From Lama guanicoe (taxonomy: Eukaryota): DNA of 64,000 nucleotides. The translations under genes were made by a program, and so were the position numbers. Location of the stretch: assembly GCA_013239625.1 (NCBI GenBank), contig MU056050.1, forward strand, positions 4,721,366-4,785,365, read 5' to 3'. Below are positions 25,409 to 39,990 of this stretch, one piece after another; the first letter of the stretch is position 1, and each line of letters starts with the position of its first letter. The notes below the pieces were generated by a model that was not told where the DNA came from, did not search any database, and saw only the letters and a program-made list of their open reading frames with translations.

Positions 25409-28081
25409 CCTCCTTATTATTGTCCTCTTCTAGTAGAACCTTGGGAAGTATCAACTATAGCAGAAAACATAAGCACATGAAATGAGAGCTCTTCAAAGAT
25501 TTTTGGTTCTACTTTAAAACTCTATGTGGTTACAAGAGGTATTGTTATATTTAACCCTTTTGTGACTTTTTGCATGCAGTAGTTTTGCTTCAAAGACATG
25601 ACAGAAGCTGAGATTAGACAGGTCTGAAATCTATAAAAATTGCAAATGCTATGTATTAGGCAAGAACAGACTGTTTCATCAAATGTCTGAACTTTAAAAT
25701 TAAGGTTTATGCTTTGGAAAACTCAGTAGTCCAATTTCACACAGCAAGTACTAAACTCATGAAACTATACAAAGAGAACCCACAGAATAAAAACACATAT
25801 TTATTTTAAAATATTTAGTAAATATATATAATTTAAAGATGTAATGACATCTTAAGGAAAACCAGAATGAAATCAGAGCATATGTTCTTCTACATGACTA
25901 GCTAGAGCACGTAAGCCAGAATCTTCGTGAACAATGATGAAGACCCAGTATGTCCACAATGAATATCATATTTTCAGCAGCTGACAGTTTCTGAATTTTT
26001 GAGTTGTTAGAATTCTTTTGATAAAATGACAAATAGCTCTTTTGCAAACAGATACAATGTAATTATGCATTATAGACACACATACACACATTAGATAGAT
26101 ACGTGTAGGAAGATATAGGAAGAAGTAGAGAATGGAAATGTCAACCAAACAATTCACTTTTAAATGATAAGCCTATTTTTAAATTAAAATTTCAAGGAAT
26201 ACATTTTAATACATTAGAAGAACTTAATATAAAATTTCAAATATTTTCTCCTTTAAATGAAAGTAATATTTTCCCATGTCAAAGTCATGTTCAAAACCAA
26301 TTTAACTGCTTTAAAATTGCGTCATATAACTGTCATTATTTAAATAGTTGTTGCTCATACAGATTATATCTAATTTTATCATTATAAATAATGCTTATGT
26401 TAATATATTTGTTTAAGGTTATTTTCTACATTTTGGATCAATCTCCTTAGGATAGAGTCTCAGAAGCAATATTACTGGGTAAATGGATTTATATTTTGAA
26501 TTCCTGAAAGGTTATACTCCACAAGCAGTCATTGCGCTCTCCAGGCTCCCACCAGAATTGGTTTTTATCTTTTTAAATCTTAAAAGATGTAGCAGATTTA
26601 AGGCCCAACATTTTCTGTGACATTTGACTTTTCTGATTCTAAGAGTTCAAGGTGCAATAGTAGAATAATCAGAAATAATTAGAAAATCGTGTATAGGTTA
26701 GGTTGCTTTTGGTTGCATTTAACCCTCCTGAGTTAGCCTAAGCAAGGAAGATAAAATTTCTTATAAATAGGGTTTCTCAAGAAACCCACGGACAGAAGGA
26801 AATCAGAGAAGAACTAAAATCTAGGATGCGATCAGGCTTTCTTCGTCATTTTTTTCTATTCCACTCTTTCTCCTCAGAACAACTTTCTTTGCTTCTCTAG
26901 TTCACATGACAGAGTTTATATGTTAAAGTTACAAAAACATGAAGTGAAACTGATGTGATTCTTTTAGTTGCAGTTATAAATTTCTGGAGAAGGGTCTCTG
27001 ATTCATCCAGCTTTACACTGGATACCCATTCATCATCTTGCCAATCTACAAACATGGTTGAGGTTTGGAATGTCCCAGAATGGGACAGACAATCCAATAA
27101 GTTTTCAATACAAAAAAAATTCAGTGATGGGAATGCTAGTAGATTTATATGTGCCAGTTATCCTCAAAAGCTGTCCCATGGTCTCAAAATCTAACATTTA
27201 TTCTTCAGTGATGATTAAACAGGATTTTGTCATGAGTGTAAAACTTTATAACTGAGAAGTCCTTCTTTTCCCAACTCTTTCTCTTGAGTGTGATGTAGTG
27301 GTAACTTCTGGAAACTATATATTCAAGCATCATTGTGAATCTATCCTTTAAGTTTCAACCTTTGAATTTCACAGTGAAACCATATGATATTGGAGGTTTT
27401 AAATAATTCATAGAAAATTTTATAGAAATTAAATGAGGCGGGATATATCTTTTGTAGCAGACACTGAAATAATCTTCTTGGAATATTTTATATGGAAGTA
27501 ATTTTACTCCTTATCTACTCTCTCTCTCTCCCCCTGCTCCACATCCAAAATATTATAAAAGAGAAGACTGAGATAGAAAAATGTTAAATGACTTCTTTGA
27601 GACCACCCTTACATTTAGAAGCAATGTGAGGACTAGAACTTGGTCACTTAATTTAGGCCACTGCTTTTTCCAACATATCTCAAAATTTATTTTTACAGTC
27701 TTTAGTAAGAAAAAGTGATATTTGGATGTCATTTTTAAATATTTCATATCATAATTTTAATTAATCAATTTTTAAAGAAAGTGAGAGACACATACACTAA
27801 ATTCAAGTTACAAAAGGATGTTCAGTTAAAGTCTCAGGTTAGAACATATGCATATTGAATGATGATGGGTATCTTTCTGGGTTGTATTAAACTCTGAAAG
27901 CACTGTCAGCCATGCTTTTACTTGCATAGACAGAAGGAGCCTTCTCTGAGGAATCTGCCCAGTCCAAGAAATACCTAAAGACACTAATATCAAGGAATTA
28001 CCAGTCATCAAAGGAAAGCCTCTATTGAAACATAGAGATCGAAAACAAAATAGGAAAAAAAAAAACTTAAAGGAAAGAGAG

Positions 28082-28543
28082 TATCTTAGATTGGGTTCTC
28101 CACAAACAGAATCTGAGATAGGCTTCTTCTGAAAGTGATTATTGCAGTGGTGCTTGTAAAAGAAGAGTATTTTTGTAACCTTACCCCAGTCACTATTTAG
28201 GACAGGAAAAGAAAGCGAGGCAAACTTTTGGACTCAGCTAGAGATTTGCTAAAGCCTAGTCTCATGAGGAGAAATGAAGCATAATTTACACCCTAGAGTA
28301 GATCTCACCTTGGGACAAAGGGGCAAGTTTTTTGTATTCTTTGTCAATGATTGGAAGTTGGATGGCTGCTTCGAAGAGGTATAACTTTCTGGGCAAGACC
28401 ATTTCACTTCAGCTGAGTATAATTCTTTAGAGCAGGGACAGCTGTGAGCCCTAGCAGGCTGCACTGTTTCTAGCATCTTGGGAATGCCTGCATGAGCCAA
28501 GTGAAGGAGATATTGGTGGGGCACCAACAGCAGCTCCTGCATA
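28082..28543 (-). mobile_element. LTR16-family (ERVL) solo LTR
   Basis: tatcttagattgggttctcc...ggcaccaacagcagc; same motif order as 8069-8503. Confidence 0.65.
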
Positions 28544-28859
28544 GAAATTTAGAAAGGGGAAAGAAATTCAAAATGTATTGGTGCATCCTCAGAAAAATAA
28601 GAAAAAAAAAATTTCATGCATGAAACCAGAACAAAAGTCTAGGAGTGGTATAAACATGCTAGCAGAAATGAAAAGGTCAGTTTAAAGTTTGGACAGTCAA
28701 TTTGAGGAATTCTTCTACAAAGTAGAATGAAATGATGAAGAGATGGAAAATTGGAGTTAAAGAAAATAATAGGACCAGTCTGGAATTATAGAAGTTCTAC
28801 CAAAGACAACAGAGAAAATGGAGAGAAAGATACAATTCAAGAAAATTCTCTAGGATAGT

Positions 28860-29125
28860 AATATTAGCTAACTTTCATATACCACTTACCATACACCTGA
28901 TACAATGATCAAAGAACTTTAAATATATTAACACATTTAATAGTCATAGCAGTATTTCAGAGAAGTACCATTTTTATCATCTCCATAGTAATATGGAAGT
29001 AAGGAAAATGACACATCAAGATATTATGTTATTTTCCCAGAGTCACATGGCCAGTAATTGGTGGAAGCAGTATTAAAATCCAGGCAGTCTGATTCCATAG
29101 TCTGTGCTCCTGAGCAAACAATATG
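28860..29125 (-). mobile_element. MIR SINE
   Basis: ttcccagagtcacatggccagtaattggtggaagcagtattaaaatccaggcagtctgattcca. Confidence 0.7.
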
Positions 29126-29789
29126 CTTCTGCTCTACTAAGGACATGAATTTCCTGACTGGAAGGGCCCACTGAGTGTTGAGCACAATGCATGAATATTC
29201 ACTCATGCTTATTTTTGTCAACTTTCAGAACACTGGCAGCAGAAAGTTTTCAAGTCTCTAGAGAAGAAAAAAAGTCACCTAAAGAGCATCCAGAATGTCT
29301 TTATATCTCTTAATAAAACCCTACAGACTTGAATACAATTGCACAGTGCCTTCAAACCTGTAAAGTACAATGAATTTCAACCTAGAATTGTATACCTAGG
29401 CAAACAAAAATTAAATTTACATGTAGAATGAAGACATTTTCAGAAACACATATTCAGGGAATGTTACTTTCTCTGAACCCTTTCTCAAAGAAGATACAGA
29501 TATGTTCTCCAAAGGAAGGAGTTATAAAAGACAAATGGGGGGGAAAAAAGACAAATAGGCTCACAGAAAATTGGACTTGTTACACAAAACAAGAGTTCAA
29601 AGATTCTTCAAGATGATACTGGAGGAAGATACTAAGATGGCGTTCGTCAGGCCTAGAAGGCAAGCCATTCAGACTGGAACAGGGTGGCTTGAGAGACAGG
29701 CAAATGGAAAGCGTTCGTCATCTTGCATTTTGCCATTATGTAGTCATTTTACGGTTGTTTATATATTTATATGATTTTTCATCACCTTT

Positions 29790-29920
29790 TTAAAAGTTTA
29801 TTTATTTTGGTGGGGGGAGGTAATTAGATTTATTTATTCTTAGAGGAGGTACTGGGGATTGAACCCAGGACCTCAACCATGCTAAGCATGCACTCTTCCA
29901 CTTGAGCTATATCCTGCCCC
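29790..29920 (-). mobile_element. Vic-1-type camelid tRNA-derived SINE
   Basis: Minus strand reads GGGGCAGGATATAGCTCAAGTGG (A box)...GGTCCTGGGTTCAATCCCCAGTACCTCC (B box)...CTAATTACCTCCCC. TSD catcaccttt (29780-29789) / catctccttt (29921-29930). Confidence 0.9.
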
Positions 29921-30389
29921 CATCTCCTTTCTTACTGTGAAATTTTTAAACATGTATAATGATTAAAAGAATAAATACCACTTTTCACCTGATGGAATTA
30001 ATGGAGGTGTACTCTACAAAAAAAAGATAAAGAAGTTTTAGAGAAATAGAAAGATACGATACCCAGAAATCGGGAAATACAACTCAAGAGAAAGGTGCAA
30101 GGAAGTGCCAGGATCACAGCTGTTTAGCAAGCCTAGAAAACAACCAGTCTGGAGAGAAGCTAAGTGTAGGTTTCCAGGAGAGATGAGTACAAGAATAAAA
30201 ATACAGAAATGGGAAATAACTGGATGGTAATAATTGGGGAATTGGGTCAAAGTCCATTAGAAGGAATGGAAAAGTTAGCAGTGAGAAGAAAACCAGGCAA
30301 ATTAAAAGCAAAAAAGCAATAACTAAGCTTCAGGAACAAAAGTAAGAAAGGAAACATGACCAGAGGAAACTGCAATGTATTATCTGCCA

Positions 30390-31182
30390 TAAAAGAAAAT
30401 TAATCGATAGTAAAAATGGGCTAAGAACCTGAATAGACTTTTTTTTTTCCATGAAAGACACATCACCTTATGCCTGTCAGGATGGCTGTTATCAAAAACA
30501 CCAAAGACAAATGTTAACTAGGATATGGAGAAATTGGAACTCTTGCACAATGTTTGTGGGAATGAAAAATGGAGCATCCACTATGGAAAAACAGTGTGAA
30601 GGTTCCTCAAAAATTAAAAATTGAACTACCATATGATCCAGCAATCCTACTCCTGAATATTTATACAAAATAATTGAAATCATGATCTCAGAGCTGTTAG
30701 TACACCTATGCCCCTTGCAGCGCTATTCACAATAGCCAAGATGTGGAAACAACCTACATGTCCATCCACAGATGAATGGATAAGGAAACCGTGGTGTATA
30801 CATACAATATAATGCTGGTAAACCTTGAAAAGAAGGAAATTCTGCAATATGCTGCAGCATGGATGAACCTTGAGGATACTATGCTAAGTGAAATAATTCA
30901 GTCACAGAAAGACAAATACTGCATCATTTTCACTCACATGAAATATATAAAAATCAAATTCATAAAATCAAAGAGTGGAATAGTGGTTACCAGGATAATG
31001 CAGGTAGGGGAACATGGGGAGTTACTAATGGAGCATAAAGTTTCAGTCAAGCAAGATGAATTAGCTCTAGAAATCTGCTGTATAATATTACCCCTATAAT
31101 CAGCAATAATGTGTTGTACACGTAAAATTTGGTTAAGGTAGATCTCATGTTGAGTGTTCTCTCTATAGTAAAATAAAATTAA
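30390..31182 (+). mobile_element. L1 ORF2 end and 3'UTR (L1MA10/L1MB1-like)
   Basis: ORF track 30776-31099 gives EILQYAAAWMNLEDTMLSEIIQSQKDKYC; 3'UTR ggtagatctcatgttgagtgttct. Confidence 0.85.
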
Positions 31183-32723
31183 AGTGTTCATATTGCTTCA
31201 CATGGAAGGTGAGTCAAGTATTTAAATGTTACACTAAAATTTTTAAGTAACGTACTTATTTTTATAAAGCAAATTACATTCCCTAAAATATCTGTTAAAT
31301 CAGAATTTTCTTGTATTGTTTTGCATAGAGAAAGGTTCATCTATATTCGTAGATTATTTTTAAGTTTGTCTCCTTCCATACCTAGAACTCAAGAAGTATT
31401 GGAAGGTGAGGTCTATGATGGAAATACTTAGAGATTATGTAAGAACAGGTTATAAAGTAAAAGTATTATTATTGTATTATTATTGCAATGGGTAAATTAA
31501 TAGACTTTAAGTATAGAATTAAGCATTCAGAGCTTTCATGTAGGGTCAAGAAGTCCAGTTGGCAAAAGCAGGATGATAATTCACTCCTGGAAAACCCATT
31601 CCTGTATCTTAGAACCATAATATCTTTCCAGTCTAATTTTAGTATTTGCATGAATTGTATCTGAAGATGAAATCATAAGAAATGGAATATGAAAATAAGG
31701 AAACAGCTATAATCTTTCAATATGACACATTTGAGCATAGGAAGATGAAAATGACATGCTTGACCTTAAAATGCAACGGTCCTTTTTATAGATCATTCTA
31801 TTTGTGTTAGGAATGTCAATCAAGTATCTCATGAATATATTTCAGCAGCTGTGAAATTTGATTAAAATTTAATGTAGCATCACTTCTTCCCTAAGTCTGA
31901 ATGAATTTAGATGGGCAACTATCTGTGAAATTATGATTTTGCTTGTTAATTGTTCATGATCTTTATACGAAGGGAAGTTACTTTTACTTTGTTCTAAAAC
32001 TGATGGGGATTATATTAACTTCATGGCAATTTTATCACTTACATATTCCCAACACAATGTCTAATAGAGTTATTAGTGATATGAAGTACATTTTCTTCAG
32101 GATGATAAGAGTGCATACACATACACACTTCTGAAAATTCATTACTTCTAGAGTACCCTTAAGTAAAATGGGACTAAAAATGCTAGCTTAGGGAACAAAG
32201 ATACTGTTGAAATTAATGAACATTTATAACTTGTGAGATACTGAGATCTGAAAAAAAAATTTCGGTCTTATTTATTACTGGAAGATGTCTAAGGAAATGA
32301 ACTTACAGAACAGTAATTAGTGATGGATACAGAATGCTTGTTTTCCCTCATAGTGTTGTAAGGTATGTAATCACTCAGAAAAAGAGATGAAATGTATCTT
32401 GCATACTAAGTAGAATCTTGAAATGATTCGGGCCTCCCTTATCTAGGATTTTTCTTTTTACCCCAGTTATGTTGTTCTAAACCCATTATATTATCATAAA
32501 AAAATCTTGAACATTGTTGGGATAAAGGAAGTCAGAGATACCAGGTAGAGTAAGCTGCACATATAACTAGATCTTGGTATTTTATTCAGTTAATTGTTCC
32601 TGACCTTTAATTTATCATCTTCTATGCACTGTGTGCTGTGCATAAGACATAGTTCTATTGTTCAAGTTGCTTGCAATCTCCTAAGGGAGATAAGGCATAT
32701 AAAACAATTAGAAAACAAGAGAA

Positions 32724-33115
32724 TGTATTAATTTTCTATTGCTGTGTGACAAACTGTCACAGATTTAGGAGCTTGAAACAGCACCTGTTTGTTGGCTCAT
32801 AGTTCTGTAGGTTAGAAGTCCAGGCAGGCTCGATTGGTTTCTCTGCTTATGGTGTCAAACACCACAGTTGTGCTATGTAAAGGCTCTGGGGAGAATCTAC
32901 ATCAGAACTCATTGAGGTTGTTGAAGATTTCATGTCTTTGCAGTTTTAACACGGAAGTCTCAGTTTCTTTGTGGGTTGTCAGTGGGGGCCCACTTGAAAC
33001 TTCTAGAGGTGACCTATATTCCTTGGCACATAGATTCCTCCATCTCAAGCCAGCAATGGTGCATTAAATCCATTTCATACTTCGAGTTGTTCTGTTACAC
33101 TGGTTAGAGGAAATT
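32724..33115 (-). mobile_element. MLT1 (MLT1E-like) MaLR LTR
   Basis: tgtattaattttctattgctgtgtgacaaac...tcatagttctgtaggttagaagtcc. Confidence 0.75.
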
Positions 33116-33119
33116 GCCT

Positions 33120-36100
33120 AGTGTTTTTCCATCTTTTTACTTCCAACCTATTTGTGGCTTTGGTCTAAAGTGTCTCTCTTGTAGACTACAAGTATTTAGA
33201 ATATGTATTTTTCTCTGTTCTGCTGATTGCTGTGTTTTAATTGGAGTGTTTAGTTCATTTATAATTAATATAACCACTGATACAAAGGATTAACATCTGC
33301 TATTTTGCTATTTTTTCCCTATATGTCTTTTTGTGTCCCTCTGTTCGGCCGTTATTGGCTTCTTTTGCTTTAAATATTTTATAGTGTGCTGTTTTTATTC
33401 CCTTGTCATTTCTTTCACTTTAAGTTATTTTCTCAGTGGTTGCCCTGGAGTTTACAATTAACATTAAAACAATCTAGCTTCAAAAAAACAATCTAGCTTC
33501 AATTATTACCAAGTTAATTTAAATAGCATAGAAAACTTTGCTCAAATATAGCTCCATTTCCTCTCCCCATTTTGGCTATTATTTTATACAGATTACATTC
33601 TTGTATATAATTTTGTACAAATTACATACATTCTAAGTTGATTAAAAACAGATTTGAAATCATTGTATTATGCAGTTGTCTTCTAAATCAATGGATCATA
33701 AGAGGTAGGACTCAGATTACTGTGTAGGGTCCTTTCATTTCAACCTGCAGAACTTTCTTTAGTATTTCTTGTGGGGCAGAGTTGCTAGTGATGTGTTCTG
33801 TAAGTTTTTGAATATCTGAGAATGATTTCATTTTTCTTTATTATATGAAGGATACTTTTACTGGATATATAATCCTTTTAAAAAATTGTGGTAAGAACAT
33901 TTAACATGAGATCTACCCTCTTAACAACTGTTTAGGTGTACAACACAATAGGCACAGTGTTGTACAGCAGACACCTAGAACTTAGTCATCTTGCATAACT
34001 GAAACTGTATACCAGTTGAGTAACAACTGTTTCTAACTTCCCCCAGCCCCTGGCAATCACCATTCTACTCTCTGCTTCTATGAGTTTGATTATTTAGGTA
34101 CTGCATGATTCTACTTATAGAAGATATTTGTCTTTCTGTGACTAGATGATTTCACTTAGGATAATGTCCTCAAAGTCCATCCATGCTTTTGCATATTGAA
34201 GAATTTTCTTCTTTTTTAAGCATGCATAATAGTCTACCACATATCTACCAGTCTCTCTTGAAATTCCCACTTTGCTAATGCATTATTTTATTGATGTGTT
34301 GAGCATTTTTATGATGGTTATTTTGAATATTCTGTGGGATAGTTCCTGTATCTCTGTTTCATTAGGGTTGTTTTTATCTTGTTCCTTTGTTTGGATCATG
34401 TTTTCCTATTTCTCCATTTCCTTAAGTCTCTATGTTGGTATCTACACACTGGGAAAAAACACCACCTCTCCCAGTCTTCGTGGATCAGTCTTGTATAGAA
34501 GAAGGGCTTTACCAATCCACCTGGCCAGAGATTCCATAGGCCTCTCAAATCTTTTTGCTATTTCAAACTGCTGACTTTATTCTTAGCAGCCTCCAAGGCA
34601 TCTGGATTATGTAGGGTACCCCAAGATAAGCAAGACATTAGCTAGTCTCTTGGGTATCATCCAGCAGAGTTGGAAGATTGGATCTGCAGTCCAACTCTTT
34701 CCAACCTTAGGGAAAAGCTGAAAGCTGGGGTTTTTCACCCACTTGTTCTACCCTGGGTCAGGGGAGAGGTTGTGGCAAGTGCTCTCATGCTACTTCAAAG
34801 CACCATGTTTGTTTGCAGTAGTTCCCAGGCATCTGGACTACACTGAGTCCCATCAGTGTACTAAGACCAGCAAAATAGGGATGCATACCCCCTGGGCAGC
34901 ATGCAGAAAAGTTGGAATATCCATGCATGGTACAGCTCTTTACCTCCCAAGAGGGAAGCTTGGAATTGGGGTTTCTTCCCAATCATATGGTATGATGCTG
35001 GGGGTGAGGATTATGATGAGTGGGTATTCTAGATTTTTCTACTGGTTTAGGAGTGGCTGTTTTTGTACTTCTGCAGGATATAGAATCCTCTCAAATAGTT
35101 TCTGAATTTCTTACAAAGGTGATTGATGCATTTATTATTGTTGAAGCAGTATGTGTGTGGGGAGAAGGAGAGTTCAGGGTTTCCTGTTTGACCATCTTGC
35201 TGATATTACCTGAACATAGAATCCTTGGTTGACATACTTGTCTTTTCAAAACTTTGAATGTTATTCTACTACCTTTTAGTCGTCATGATTTCCAATGAGA
35301 AGTTGGCTATTAATCTATTGATATCTCATATATGCTGGGTCATTTTTTCTTGCTATTTTCAAGATTGTTTTGATTTTGGGAGTTCCAGTTGTGAATATCT
35401 TTGATTTTATATTATTTGAAATTTGGTGAGCATCTCAGATGTGTATGTTAATTTTTAAAATGAAGTTTGTGTAATTTTAGACCATTGTTTCTAAAATATT
35501 TGTTTTGCTCCTTTCTCCTCTCCTGGGAGTCACACTGTGCATATGTAAGTATTCTTGATTGTTACCTACACATCTCTGAGACTTTGTTCACTTTTCTTCA
35601 TTCTTTTTGCTTTCTTTACCTCAGATTGGATTTTCTTTATTGATCTATATTCAAGTTCACTGATTCTTTCTTCTGACAGCTCAAATCTGCTGTTAAATTC
35701 TGCTAGTGAATTTTTCATCCGAAGTATTGTACATTTCAACTATAGAATTTCTATTTGGTTTGTTATAATAATTTCTTTTTATTAATATTTTCTGTTAGGT
35801 GATGAATCAGTCTTATAATTTCTCTAATTCTTTAGACATGCTTTCTTTTAGTTCTTTGAAAAAAATATATAGACTTTAGCAGTATACTTTTGTCTTATTT
35901 AATCATTTCTCAGATTTTAATATGCACATTTTACTTGATATAATCTACATAGTTTTAATATTGAATTACTTCAAAGAACATACAGGAATCTTGCATGAGT
36001 ATATTTCTGTTTAACTCCAATGTTTAGCATGAGTTAGGTATATTAAATATTATGAGTTATAAATCCTTAGTACAGTGTTAAAATTTTTTCATTAAACACT

Positions 36101-37745
36101 CTTGCCTTTTATTGAATTAATATAAAAAAGAAAAACGTCTATTTATTACATTGTATTATTAATACACGTATTTGCCGTTTTCAGTGACCTTCATCCATGT
36201 AGATCTGAGTTGCCACCTAGTGTCATGGCATTTCCCTTCAGCCTGAGAAACTTCCTTTAGTATTTACTATAATGTTGGTCTGCTGGTTACAAATTCTGTT
36301 TTTGTTTGTCTGATTGTGTCTTTTTTGCCTACCTTTTTGAAGAGTTATTTTTCTGTGTGTATGTAGGACTATTGGTTGAGAGGTTTTTTTCTTTCATCCT
36401 TTGAATATGTCTTTCCTATGTCTTCTGTTCTCCATTATTTGTGATAAGAAGTCACATTTCAATCATGCTGTTTTCTCCTTTTTTGTAATTTATTTCCTCC
36501 CAAGTGCTTTTAGGATGTTCTTTTTATCTTTAGATTTCAGCAGTTTGACTATGATGTGTCTGGGAGCAGTTATTATGCTTTTTAGCTCTAGTGATTTTAT
36601 TTTTGATACTTTCTGTTTCTCTGCTGAGATTTCCTATCTGTTCACTCACTAAGATGACTTTTACTTCTTAAAAAATATGGGTTTAGTTTGGATTTTGTTC
36701 AGAGTTAGTTGCTATTGAGTTTCCTATCTCTGAAAATAGATCAAACTTTGTATTTCTTTTAAAGCATAGTAATTTATGGAATCTGGATAGCTTAGACACA
36801 TTTTAGTGACTCTAAGTTCTGCTTTATTCTTCTGGGGAATTTTTGTTGTTATTGTTCTTGGAGGCAGTTAGCTTGAACCAAATATTGAACTCTGTCCACT
36901 CTATAGTGGGCAGAAGCTGATATCTCTTCTCAGTTCTTACAGCTTTCACCTGCTGTTTTTTTTTATTATTATTTTTTTATGTGGCTCCATGGGTTTTCTC
37001 CTGTAACTGTAGTATGCTGCTAAACCAAAAATTTGAACTGGGTTTATAGGCAGATATTGGCATTAATCCTCTCTATGGTTTCCTTGCTTCTTGGAATTCT
37101 CCTCTAGATTTCCAACTGGTTGGCCATCATTGGGCTCTATCATCTAATACCTTCAGCTAGTAAGACTTAATTTTTCTGCTTTCTAAGGTGGTCTTTATTG
37201 GGGAATACTTAAAATAGAAGCAACCTCAAAAAACTCATCTAGTGCAGCTCTGTCTTTTGAATCAAAATTCCTCTTTGGTCCCAGTTTTTTTTTATTGTTG
37301 TTGTTGTTGTTGTTCATTTCTTTTGCTGTGTCACCTGTGCTCTTCCTTACATATGTGTAGCTCAGTGGACAGGACTAGAGTTTACACTCAGACTTTGGGT
37401 CTCATTTTTTCTCATGTCTTTTGCTTCCAGAATTTCTGCCTTAGATTTCTGGCTGCTTTTTTCTAGGACTAAGCTCTGCTATATTCTGTGTCAAACTGGT
37501 AAAGCTACCATTTTCTGCTCATCATGGCTTTGTGGTTTGGGGAACTCCCTCAGAAAAGGAAAGTACAAACTTACATTTCTTGCCGCTTGCACATAAGTTT
37601 TTCAGGAAGAAACTCTCCTCTGACTTTGCTGTATTTCGAGGTGCTTTCCAGCACCTTTAAAAGTAGCTGCTTTTTATTATTAATCTAAGTTTTGTAAATG
37701 TTATCTGCACACAATCACTTCACTCTCCTATCATGGAAATTCTCT
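33120..37745 (-). mobile_element. Cluster of old antisense L1 fragments (ORF1/5'UTR of L1MC/ME types), with an L1MB-like 3' end inserted at ~33878-34245
   Basis: T-rich antisense ORF1 motifs such as tcaagttcactgattctttcttctg and cagtttgactatgatgtgtct; L1MB 3' motif catttaacatgagatctaccctctt. Confidence 0.75.
33466..33502. repeat. 19-bp tandem duplication
   Basis: aaaacaatctagcttcaa(a) present twice in tandem. Confidence 0.9.
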
Positions 37746-39754
37746 CCGAGAAATGTTTCAGAAAAAGTATGTATACAATTTCACGTTAACACTATATAAA
37801 TCAGTAAAATTTGAATAGTAAAGTAACTTATGACAAATCATATCAATGCATTATTATGCAGTTAATGAAATGATAATTATGAAGTCTGCAGCAACAAAAA
37901 TGTATACTGTATAATATTAGTGGATTAGAGAAAAATATAGAATTATGTCTTCATGCAGACATGTTGACAATACGTAGTAGAGCATGTGGAAAGTGGAATC
38001 ATTTATTTTGAGTGTAGGATTATGAGAAGCGTCTTATTCAGTTGTTCCTTCAACAAATACAGTGACTAGGATGAATACCGCTGTACATAAATAGCTGAAA
38101 CAAAAATATTACCATTCTCATGGAACTTAAAATCTTTCAGTAATGCATATACAAAAAAATTGTTAAAATGGACAAAATTTGTAAATGTGTAAGCTGTGTG
38201 TTATATATTGGGAATAGAAAGAAACAGATCTTAAGTATTTAACTCATCTTTTTTTCTATGTGAAACTATTACATTTCTTATTCAAATAGTAGTATATGCT
38301 CATTTTAGAAAAACAGATACATATTTGCAGAGTAAATGTAACTTTAACTGATTTTTCAGGGAAGATTAGACTATCAAGTTGGCTCTGAGAAAACAGAAAC
38401 CAGTTTGGATCCTTATTTGTGTATTTTATTAAATATTTATAACAGAACAAAAAACATTTAAGCCTTTGCACTATAGTATGCAGTGTAATATACTACAATC
38501 CTGACATTACAAAGCAGACCTCACATTCATGGCTTATGCATTCTAGATTTTTATAACCTAATAGTACTGACTTAAGTGAAATTGACATGAATTGTAGGTT
38601 GCAGAAAATACAGTATTTGGCAACCAAAATTTGCATATACAGATTTATATCCATATATATGTCTGTTAAATGTGTCCTTTGATTAAACCTAAGCCTTGAT
38701 CTATGGCTTCAAAAAGAAAATATCCTGAATAAGTTGATTCTGAAAACATTAACTTAGAAGCAAAATAGAATTCCACATCTTGTATTATAGTTAATAAACA
38801 TTTTCCTTTATTCCACCTATTTTTTCACGTCATGTTCCTTGAGGGAAAGGGCCATACTGGAGTCATATTCTTATTCTCTACACAGTTTTTGCATGATGCC
38901 TTACACATAAAATAGAATATATGTATCTGTTGAAATACAAAGCAGAAAGGATCTTTTTTATTAATTCACTTGAAAATATAACCACAGATATTTAAAACCA
39001 TTTTAACATCTATCACCATCTTTTTCTTCTCCCCTTCTTCACCTCTGTCCCTCTTTTAAAATACAGCCAAATGCCTTATATTGCAAGCTGTACATATGCA
39101 GTGATAATAAGGAGATATTAGTGTGGGTGACACTGAAAGAAGCAATGAGGGCATGTGTGAAATAAATCCAAAGTTAATAGATTCTTAAATGAATTCAATG
39201 CATCTTTCAAGGCTGCTTAAAGGGAAAATCCATCCATAGCTATTTATGCATTTGTACAGCAACAATTACTTTGATAGAGGAAAGGCTTTTTAAAATTATT
39301 CTAGGCTAAGAACAGGCCAGACCAGTTGGCTTTGAGACCAAAAAATAAAGCCTAGGCTTTTTAGTCTCTCACAAATGATTTAGTTTAAACTCAACCTTGA
39401 ATGATTTCTGTAGCATAATTCATGTTGGGTATGAGTGATAAATGATTGTAAGTTAATAAATATTTACTAAGCCCTAATATGTACGAAGTTTGGTGATAGT
39501 TAGGTGCTGAGGTTTCAGTGGTGAAATAAACAGTCTCTGCTATCATGACACTTAAATTCTAGCTGTCATAACTGGTCTCATAATTAACTTTGGTCCTAAT
39601 GATCGATAAAATATTGCCCTTAATTGTTGCATAATTAGCATAGAATCAGAAATAAGTAACAATTACTTCATTCACAATGTTTTCCTGCAAAAATCCAAAG
39701 AGGTGAGCTCAACTGAAAAGTATATTTAGAATAATTATTCTGCTAATTTAATAT

Positions 39755-39990
39755 TAATAACAGCTGATATGTAATGATTGCCTACCACTTTCCATATAGT
39801 GCTCCAAGCCATTGACAGGCATTAACGTATTTAATTCTCATAATAACACTGGGAGGCATTATAAGATTATCTCCACTTTACAAATGAGGAAACTGAGGTT
39901 AGTAAGTTGTCCAAAGTCATTCAGCTGGAAAACAACAGATCTATTGAATCCCTAGAAGTCTAGCTCCAAGGTCAGTGCCTTCAGTCCCTC
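39755..39990 (-). mobile_element. MIR SINE
   Basis: tctccactttacaaatgaggaaactgaggtt...gtccaaagtca (MIR core). Confidence 0.85.

Larger units (their letters stand above)
27830..30390 (+). mobile_element. HAL1/old L1 ORF1-like fragments, interrupted by LTR16, MIR and Vic-1
   Basis: A-rich ORF1-like sequence, e.g. ttcaacctagaattgtatacctaggcaaac...aagacattttcaga (29377-29445). Confidence 0.5.

Noticed and set aside
29845..29920. tRNA gene
   Set aside because: The tRNA-like head continues into a SINE body, A-rich tail and TSD, and it lacks an intact cloverleaf.
30390..34245. Inverted pair of related L1 3' ends (30390-31182 + and ~33878-34245 -) as a dsRNA/editing substrate
   Set aside because: The copies are old and visibly diverged, so long stable pairing is unlikely; there is no evidence beyond orientation.
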